The translations under genes and the position numbers were made by a program. 64,000 nucleotides of DNA from NCBI GenBank assembly GCA_947460245.1, contig CANHGL010000007.1, forward strand, positions 7,739 through 71,738. The letters run 5' to 3'. Shown here one piece after another: positions 57,701 through 64,000 of the stretch (positions are counted from its first letter, which is position 1; each line of letters begins with the position of its first letter). The notes under the pieces were generated by a model. The model was not told where the DNA came from. It worked only from the letters and a program-made list of their open reading frames with translations, and did no database searches. Source of the stretch: Sphingobacteriales bacterium (lineage in GTDB: Bacteria > Bacteroidota > Bacteroidia > Chitinophagales > JADIYW01).

Positions 57701-58357
57701 CTACACCAGACCTTTCTTATAAGCAATTTTTAATAACGCGGCCGTGTTGTTTACATTTAATTTAGCCAGCATATTTTTTCTGTGTGTTTCCACGGTATTC
57801 TTGCTTATGAATAATTTGGTAGCTATATCCTGACTCGTTAATCCTAGTGCGATGAGTTGTAGTATTTCTAATTCTCTGGGTGTAATTTGTGCGGCTAGCT
57901 CATCATAGTTTCTATCTTCTTCGCCTTCTGCCGAATTGGAGATAGAGGTAATTAATTTTTCTTGTACTTCCTGGTCCAGATAAGACTTGTCTTGCTGTAC
58001 GGTATCAATAGCCTTTAAGAGGTCATTTTTTGAGATATTTTTTAGCACATATCCTTTCGCGCCGATTTCCAAACACTCTTTTATGAATCTTGGTTCACTG
58101 TGCATGGTAAGCATTAATATTTTAATGTTTGGATTTGTTTTTCGGATGATTTTTGTGGCTTCTATGCCATCCATTTCGGGCATATTGATATCCATTAGTA
58201 TAACATCTACAGGAATACCTTTTATTCTTTCAATAGCATCCTTTCCATTTTGTGCTGTCCCAGCAATTTTTATAGTTGGCTCATCTTGTAGCAGAGAAAT
58301 TATTCCATCCAGAAAAATCTGATGATCATCCACTACAAATACATTAATCTCTTGCAT
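57701..58357 (-). CDS. Response regulator, NarL/LuxR family (no adjacent histidine kinase)
   Basis: The receiver domain shows VVDDHQIF...DVILMDINMPEMDG. The C-terminal LuxR HTH reads LTPRELEILQLIALGLTSQDIATKLFISKNTVETHRKNMLAKL. Confidence 0.9.
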   Translation of the reverse strand: MQEINVFVVDDHQIFLDGIISLLQDEPTIKIAGTAQNGKDAIERIKGIPVDVILMDINMPEMDGIEATKIIRKTNPNIKILMLTMHSEPRFIKECLEIGAKGYVLKNISKNDLLKAIDTVQQDKSYLDQEVQEKLITSISNSAEGEEDRNYDELAAQITPRELEILQLIALGLTSQDIATKLFISKNTVETHRKNMLAKLNVNNTAALLKIAYKKGLV

Positions 58358-58485
58358 AGAATTTAATTGAGCTACAAAGTTATTTTTTATTACGGAGATT
58401 TTATTCTAATATTCTATAATTAATGGAACTTGCTATTCACTATTTATAACTACCTATTAATACTTTGTAATAAAAAAAAGATGGA

Positions 58486-59172
58486 TTATTTAGGTACTTT
58501 AGTTTCAAGACGAGTTTGTAAGTCATTCAATACCATTTTCTTCCACTCTTCACTTCCAACCGGCTCTGAGAATTTTTTTAGGTAATCTTGTATGTTTTGG
58601 GCTTCTAAATTCAGCTTTAGTGTCTTGAATATTTTAGGGGCTCCTTCTCCCGGAATTTGAATGTGATGTAATCCTCCGCTGTATGCGAATGCGATTTGTC
58701 CATTTTCATGTTGTAACCCCTCTAAAATATCTATAACCCCGGATTTTACAGTCATTTTTCTGCCTTGTAGATCTAGTCCGTTTCTGCGCATCATTCTTCC
58801 CTCCGGAGCAATAACAATAATGGAGTCAGCATAGATAGAATCCATAAAATTTGCCCAGGAGTAGTCTCGTTTTCTGGTTATAGAAATCATACCCGGACTG
58901 AACAGCTTGAAGAATGTTCCTACAAATGGTCTTTCCAGTGTCTTATCAGCTGCTGGGGCTACCATTCTTTTGGAAAGTTTTCTTAAAAAATGATTGGGCA
59001 GTATTGCAGCATAAAGAAATTCAAAGAGTGATGTGTGGTTAAGAAAGATAACTAATCGTATGTCATTCCATCGAATCTGATCTTTTGGTGGCCAGTTTAC
59101 CTCAAAGCGGTAGAATAGCTTTGAACAATATTTAATGCATAGTAGAAGTATGTAGCTTATAAAACTTTTCAT
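58486..59172 (-). CDS. PlsC-like acyltransferase family protein
   Basis: It has IFLNHTSLFEFLY (an HX4E variant of the HX4D box) and the VIAPEGRMMR motif. Its ATG overlaps the M16 peptidase stop as ATGA. Confidence 0.7.
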   Translation of the reverse strand: MKSFISYILLLCIKYCSKLFYRFEVNWPPKDQIRWNDIRLVIFLNHTSLFEFLYAAILPNHFLRKLSKRMVAPAADKTLERPFVGTFFKLFSPGMISITRKRDYSWANFMDSIYADSIIVIAPEGRMMRRNGLDLQGRKMTVKSGVIDILEGLQHENGQIAFAYSGGLHHIQIPGEGAPKIFKTLKLNLEAQNIQDYLKKFSEPVGSEEWKKMVLNDLQTRLETKVPK

Positions 59173-62024
59173 GGTGTAGGTTCCAAAATTACTTCAATAT
59201 GATTATTTAAGTCGAGGTATTTATTAAATGCTACTTTTAACTTTTCAGAACTTAGTGCATCAATTCTTTTGCCGTAATCTCCAAGTGTTTGAATATCTTT
59301 ATTATATTCATCATAATACTGAATAGTATTTAACCAAAATCCATTGTCTTTTAGATTTATTTCTCGCTCTCTTCTTTGTGTCTGCTGAACTTTGACAATC
59401 TTCTCTTCAGGGGTATTGTTTTCTTTAAGCTGTTTAATGTTTTCATAAACTGTCTTTATCAGTTCTTGAACGCGTTTTGGTTCAGTATTAAATTGTATGT
59501 TGATGCCATATGCATTTTTTGGACGTTCAGAGAAGCTACCGGAAACTCCCACACCATAAACACCGCCTTTGTCTTCCCGTAGCGCCTCTCTTAATTGTAT
59601 ATTAAGCACTTTAATCATAGCGTTGAATATATAATTGTCATCTTCTGTCCATTTGTACTTTCCATGAAAGTGAATTCCTACTAAGTCCTTTTGTGTCTTT
59701 CCCATAGTTAGAGTGGTGGATATAGCACCCTCTTTTTTAACGATATTTGGATCTTTCCATGATTCCTTGATTCCCTTAGTAGGTAGTCCGCCGAGATAGG
59801 TTTCTAACAGAGGTTTTATTTTATCAAGATCAAAATTTCCAACAAAAATGAATGTGAAATCACTTGCATCACCAAAGCGTTCCTTATAAATCTTAAAGGC
59901 TTTGTCAAATTTTATCTCGTCTAGTTTATCTAATGTGGTAAGTCCTCTCCGAATATTATTATTAAATACAATATTTTGTAAGTTGTGTGCAAAGTAGGCG
60001 CTTGGATTATCTAACAGGTGTTCAGCACCACTTTTTTCTTTCGATAGGAATGCATTAAAATCTGCAATAGATTTTCTTGGCTGGTTAAAGTATAGATAGG
60101 TGAGTTGAAGCATGGTTTCAAAATCTTTTTGATTACTGCTCCCATTTAAACCTTCATTTAGTTCATTTACATATGGATTTACATTAGCAGTATTTCCGGC
60201 TAACATTTTTTGTAATGCTATTTTATCAAATTTTGATATACCTGATTCTATTACAATAGCATTAGAATAATCAGCACTCATATAGTCCTCATCGTTGTAT
60301 AGAGATGTGCCTCCAGGGCTATAAGCTGACATGAGAATCTCATCATTCTTGAATGTGGTAGGCTTTAGGAGTATTCTTACTCCATTTTTTAGCTCGAGCT
60401 TGGTAATAGCATTCAAGCTATCCTTAGATTCTTTTATAATAGGTGTTCCTTTAGGTTTTTTTTCTATTAGCGGCTCATTAGTAGAATTGTCAATATAGGC
60501 GTCTATGTTCGTCTGCCTTACTTCCTTGTTAAGCGATAAGACACCATCCTTATTTGGAATATATTTTTTTTCAGATTCAGGAGCTGTTATAATTATAACA
60601 CAATTTTTATCTGTAATATAATTTTTAGCTAGGGCGTTAATATCCTCTAGTGTAATTAGGGGCGTAATCTGTTTAGCAAGTGCACATTCCATGGTTATGC
60701 CTGGTGCAGGTTCCATTTCTAGATAATGAGACACATATTCTCTTACTAAGTCAGACGATTCTGTTTTGTCTTTTTCTTTCAATGCATTTTCGTAACCTGA
60801 GATAAGTTCAGCCTTCTGTCTGTCTAGCTCTGAAGCGGTAAAGCCATATCTCCTCACACGTTCATCTTCAGTTAAGAGTGATTTTAATGCATCAGTGACT
60901 TTACCTCCTTTTGCTATAGCACTAATCGAATAGGCATCATTAGCTCTGGTTTCTTTTCCATATCCGGAGTTGGCTGCAATAAAAGGGCTGTTGGGCTGTT
61001 GCATTACTTCCTGTAATCGAGCATTTAGTATTCCATTAAATAATTGATTTTTTATGTACCTGGCATATCCTTCTATAGAGTTGTTCTGTTCAGCAGGATG
61101 CTTGTAAAAGATCATTGCGCTGGTATAAGTAGCCTCAGGATCAGTGCATATAGAAACTAAAGTTTCATCATGTTTTGGTAAGAAATAGATTTCTTTCTTT
61201 TGCTCATTTGCAGGATTTTCTAACTTGCCGAATCTTTTCTTTACTTCTGCTTCCATATCATCCACATTGATATCACCTACTATAATAACTGCCATGAGAT
61301 CTGGTCTGTACCAGGTTTTATAGAAGGAAATAAGTCGCTCATACGGACCATGTAATAAAATTGCGGTATCACCTATGGGTAAACGGTCTGCATAGTGCGA
61401 CTGATAATACAATACAGGAATGTAGGTGTCCATCATGCGTTTATTCGCTCCAAGTCCGCTTCTCCATTCAGAAAATACTACACCACGCTCTTTATTGATT
61501 TCAGTGGTATCAAAGCTCAATCCATTCGACCAGTCTTCTAAAACAGTTAGCCCTTTCTCAAGGATTTCTTTTTTATCTGTAGGAAGTTGAAGCATGTATA
61601 CGGTCTCATCAAAACTGGTATAGGCATTTAGATGCGCACCAAATTTAGTGCCGATACCCTCAAGATAATTTACAAGTTCATTTTTAGAGAAATGCTGACT
61701 ACCATTGAAGGCCATATGTTCTACAAAGTGTGCTAAGCCCTTTTGGGTTTCTTCTTCCTGATTAGATCCTGCATTAACAGCCAGTCTAAGTTCTACCCTA
61801 TTCTCTGGTTCAGTATTATGCTGGATATAGTAGGTTAATCCATTAGCTAGCTTGCCATATCGTACTTCCTTATTTAAAGGAAGTGGAGTTTCTGTAGCTA
61901 CCGAAGAAATTTCTAATTTTTGTTGTTCGGAGGATACCTCTTTGGAGAATGCTGATTTTAAAAGGATCAGCATTAATAGTATCGATATGCTATAATATTT
62001 TTTCATAGATTTTTTTTGCTGCAT
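59169..62024 (-). CDS. M16 family (insulinase/pitrilysin-like) zinc peptidase, double-length form
   Basis: The inverted zincin motif is GLAHFVEHMAFNGS (HxxEH). Two M16 halves sit in one 951-aa chain, and a signal peptide is present. An alternative ATG at 62006 (MKKYYSISILL) is equally plausible. Confidence 0.9.
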   Translation of the reverse strand: MQQKKSMKKYYSISILLMLILLKSAFSKEVSSEQQKLEISSVATETPLPLNKEVRYGKLANGLTYYIQHNTEPENRVELRLAVNAGSNQEEETQKGLAHFVEHMAFNGSQHFSKNELVNYLEGIGTKFGAHLNAYTSFDETVYMLQLPTDKKEILEKGLTVLEDWSNGLSFDTTEINKERGVVFSEWRSGLGANKRMMDTYIPVLYYQSHYADRLPIGDTAILLHGPYERLISFYKTWYRPDLMAVIIVGDINVDDMEAEVKKRFGKLENPANEQKKEIYFLPKHDETLVSICTDPEATYTSAMIFYKHPAEQNNSIEGYARYIKNQLFNGILNARLQEVMQQPNSPFIAANSGYGKETRANDAYSISAIAKGGKVTDALKSLLTEDERVRRYGFTASELDRQKAELISGYENALKEKDKTESSDLVREYVSHYLEMEPAPGITMECALAKQITPLITLEDINALAKNYITDKNCVIIITAPESEKKYIPNKDGVLSLNKEVRQTNIDAYIDNSTNEPLIEKKPKGTPIIKESKDSLNAITKLELKNGVRILLKPTTFKNDEILMSAYSPGGTSLYNDEDYMSADYSNAIVIESGISKFDKIALQKMLAGNTANVNPYVNELNEGLNGSSNQKDFETMLQLTYLYFNQPRKSIADFNAFLSKEKSGAEHLLDNPSAYFAHNLQNIVFNNNIRRGLTTLDKLDEIKFDKAFKIYKERFGDASDFTFIFVGNFDLDKIKPLLETYLGGLPTKGIKESWKDPNIVKKEGAISTTLTMGKTQKDLVGIHFHGKYKWTEDDNYIFNAMIKVLNIQLREALREDKGGVYGVGVSGSFSERPKNAYGINIQFNTEPKRVQELIKTVYENIKQLKENNTPEEKIVKVQQTQRREREINLKDNGFWLNTIQYYDEYNKDIQTLGDYGKRIDALSSEKLKVAFNKYLDLNNHIEVILEPTP

Positions 62025-62084
62025 AAATATCGTAAATAATACATCTGCTTGTTATAAATATTTTATGTTTTGGGGGTATTCTGC

Positions 62085-63347
62085 TTATTCTTCCTCAAGA
62101 GGAGAATTTAATTCCATCTTTCTCACTGAAGGTGAAATAAAATAGGTCATAATAACTATCATACAAGTCATACATCCGCCAAAGATTACAGCCGGTACTG
62201 TTCCCATTAATTGAGCTGTGGTGCCGCTTTCAAACTCACCAATCTCATTGGAAGATCCAATGAACATAGAGTTTACGGCAGATACTCTTCCGCGCATTTC
62301 ATCCGGTGTTGCCAGTTGAATAATTGTGTGTCTTACGGATACGCTGATACCATCTAATGCGCCACTCATGATAAGGCAAAACATGGAAAAGTAAAAGCTA
62401 GTGCTAATACCAAATAGAATAATAAATACGCCGAAGCCAAAAACAGCGAGTAAAAGTATTAAACCTGCATTTTTGCGTATAGGATAATAAGCTAATAAGA
62501 GTAGTATGATAATGGCTCCTAATGCCTGTGCTGCCCTAAGGTACCCCAGTCCTTCCGCCCCTACATGAAGAATGTCTTTTGCATATACAGGTAGTAAAGC
62601 AACTGCACCGCCGAATAATACTGCAAATAAGTCGAGTGTAATACAAGACAGGATAACTTTATTATTAAAAACAAAGTGTAGTCCCTGAATGGCGCTCTGA
62701 AAAACTGTCTCATCTTTGCGAACATATAAGATGGGTTTCTTTTCAATTTTCAATAGTGAATAGAGTGCAATACAGAGTAATAGTATAACTATCCCAAAGG
62801 TTATAGAAATCCCAAAAATCCCTAAAAATAGCCCCCCTATTGCCGGTCCCAATATAGCCCCTGTTTGCCATGCAGCACTCGACCAGGTGATAGCGCTTTG
62901 ATAGACACTTTTAGGAATAATCTGTGCAGATAATCCAAAAGATGCAGGACCTGAGAAACTCCTTGCGATTCCTGTAAGAAATATAATGCTGAAGATTAGT
63001 GCAATGGTGACTTGTTTGTCGAGTTGCTGTAAAATGCTGTCATGTGTAATAAGAAGTAATGCTACGCACATCAGCGTATAGACAGCAATAGAAATAAGGA
63101 GTAAATTGCGCTTTTCCGATTTATCGGCAACATAACCACCATAAAGGGCTATGCCTATAGCAGGTATGGCTTCTGTAAGCCCAATAAGACCCAGTAATAA
63201 CTTGGAGTTGGTAAGTTCATATATTTCATATCCTATAATCACCGCTTGCATGCTTAAGGCAATAGTAATCAGGAGGCGTGCAAGCAGAAAAGAACGGAAC
63301 TCTTTATACCGTAATGCCTCATAGGGGTCTTTCTTTTTTTCGCTCAT
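62085..63347 (-). CDS. MFS transporter (EntS / MFS_3-like)
   Basis: It has about 12 TM segments. The N-terminus reads YKEFRSFLLARLLITIALSMQAVIIGYEIYELT. Length is 420 aa. Its start lies 3 nt after the MaoC gene stop. Confidence 0.85.
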   Translation of the reverse strand: MSEKKKDPYEALRYKEFRSFLLARLLITIALSMQAVIIGYEIYELTNSKLLLGLIGLTEAIPAIGIALYGGYVADKSEKRNLLLISIAVYTLMCVALLLITHDSILQQLDKQVTIALIFSIIFLTGIARSFSGPASFGLSAQIIPKSVYQSAITWSSAAWQTGAILGPAIGGLFLGIFGISITFGIVILLLCIALYSLLKIEKKPILYVRKDETVFQSAIQGLHFVFNNKVILSCITLDLFAVLFGGAVALLPVYAKDILHVGAEGLGYLRAAQALGAIIILLLLAYYPIRKNAGLILLLAVFGFGVFIILFGISTSFYFSMFCLIMSGALDGISVSVRHTIIQLATPDEMRGRVSAVNSMFIGSSNEIGEFESGTTAQLMGTVPAVIFGGCMTCMIVIMTYFISPSVRKMELNSPLEEE

Positions 63348-63350
63348 GGT

Positions 63351-64000
63351 CTATAGTCTTCTAAGGAATCCTTTAAGGTGTGGTTTCTCTTGGGTGCGGT
63401 CTACTACATCAAAATCAAATTCATCTTCTGTATTTTCGTGCCTAAAGATAACATACTGCGGAAGGAAAATTGGAGTTTTGAAAGATACAGTAAGCTCAAA
63501 ACTTTTGCCTATTCTTTTTTCAAATATGGATAATATTTTACCAACGCTCCACATGCCATGAATGATATGTCGTTCAAATCCAAATAACTTAGCAGAGATT
63601 GGATGAAGGTGTATGGGGTTGAAATCACCTGATGCCATTGCAAATTCTAATCCCAGGTTTTTAGATAAATCCCAACTTTCTTTAATAGACTGATCAGAAA
63701 GTGTTGGCTGTTTCCATTCCAAGACTTTACCAATGCCTTCTTCCCCTTTAAAAAGATAGATACTCTCCTCTTCCCAAATCAGTTGCCCTCCAGATCTAAT
63801 ATAACTCAGCACTTCGAACCCCTGTCCTTTTTCATGGGCAATTAAATTTCCAAAACTACAGCTTATTGAAAAAATTTCTCCAAAGCATAAAGGTCTGTGC
63901 TGTTTTATAGAATTGGCAAAATGGATCAACCCGGGAGCTGGGAATTGCACTTCCGGCTGGCATAATAATTCAGAATGCAAGGGAAAGATATAGGCATGTA
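63351..64000 (-). CDS. MaoC-like (R-specific enoyl-CoA hydratase, hot-dog fold) dehydratase, 5' end probably beyond window
   Basis: It has ASGDFNPIHLHPISAKLFGFERHIIHGMW (the MaoC D.NPIH motif). The track start at 63980 is TTG, and the frame stays open to the window edge. Confidence 0.8.
   Translation of the reverse strand, partial: HAYIFPLHSELLCQPEVQFPAPGLIHFANSIKQHRPLCFGEIFSISCSFGNLIAHEKGQGFEVLSYIRSGGQLIWEEESIYLFKGEEGIGKVLEWKQPTLSDQSIKESWDLSKNLGLEFAMASGDFNPIHLHPISAKLFGFERHIIHGMWSVGKILSIFEKRIGKSFELTVSFKTPIFLPQYVIFRHENTEDEFDFDVVDRTQEKPHLKGFLRRL

Noticed and set aside
1-64000. Search for CRISPR arrays, transposases, integrases, phage genes, toxin-antitoxin pairs or known defence genes
   Set aside because: No repeat-spacer architecture was found. 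No ORF carries recombinase, transposase, nuclease-helicase or other defence-type motifs that I could recognise. The window reads as core chromosome.

Overview
This is a gene-dense, AT-rich chromosomal segment with about 47 protein-coding genes and short intergenic gaps. It looks like core genome of a Bacteroidota member. Supporting signs are a T9SS-type C-terminal sorting domain on a secreted esterase, large TPR envelope proteins, both GlnRS and GluRS, the carboxynorspermidine polyamine route, and A-run/hairpin/T-run bidirectional terminators.

Content by region:
- A DUF47-Pit phosphate uptake pair.
- Housekeeping genes: phosphohexomutase, pcm, glnS, gltX, tatD, secA, purD, queA and an aminotransferase.
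- A cell-envelope block at 13.9-22.0 kb: a degenerate LytM/M23 protein, bactofilin, two tiny membrane proteins, a 1059-aa TPR protein, PBP1a and a SPOR protein.
- A lipid and fatty-acid-rich block at 32-53 kb: acyl-CoA dehydrogenase, MarR, a two-domain FabG4-like SDR, two esterases, thiolase, a FadB-type enzyme, a PI-PLC-like lipoprotein and an acyltransferase plus SDR pair.
- The carboxynorspermidine dehydrogenase/decarboxylase pair, interrupted by adenine deaminase.
- A minus-strand run of MaoC-like dehydratase, MFS transporter, M16 peptidase and acyltransferase.

I found no rRNA, tRNA, CRISPR array, transposase, integrase, phage gene or recognisable defence system, and I cannot point to a clear-cut novel multi-gene system. 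The three most unusual things I can support from the sequence are:
1. A phased array of nine GAAAC-type motifs ending in an intrinsic terminator, inside an atypically long convergent intergenic gap (21253-21522). It is a candidate sRNA or protein-binding array.
2. A tightly packed operon of a catalytically degenerate LytM protein, bactofilin and two small membrane proteins. It is transcribed divergently from a secreted TPR giant whose stop codon abuts the PBP1a start codon.
3. A perfect 20-bp palindrome just upstream of the acyl-CoA dehydrogenase gene.

All family assignments come from motifs I read in the translations. No database search was run. Several ORF-track starts are TTG/GTG extensions, and I have moved those to the first plausible ATG.
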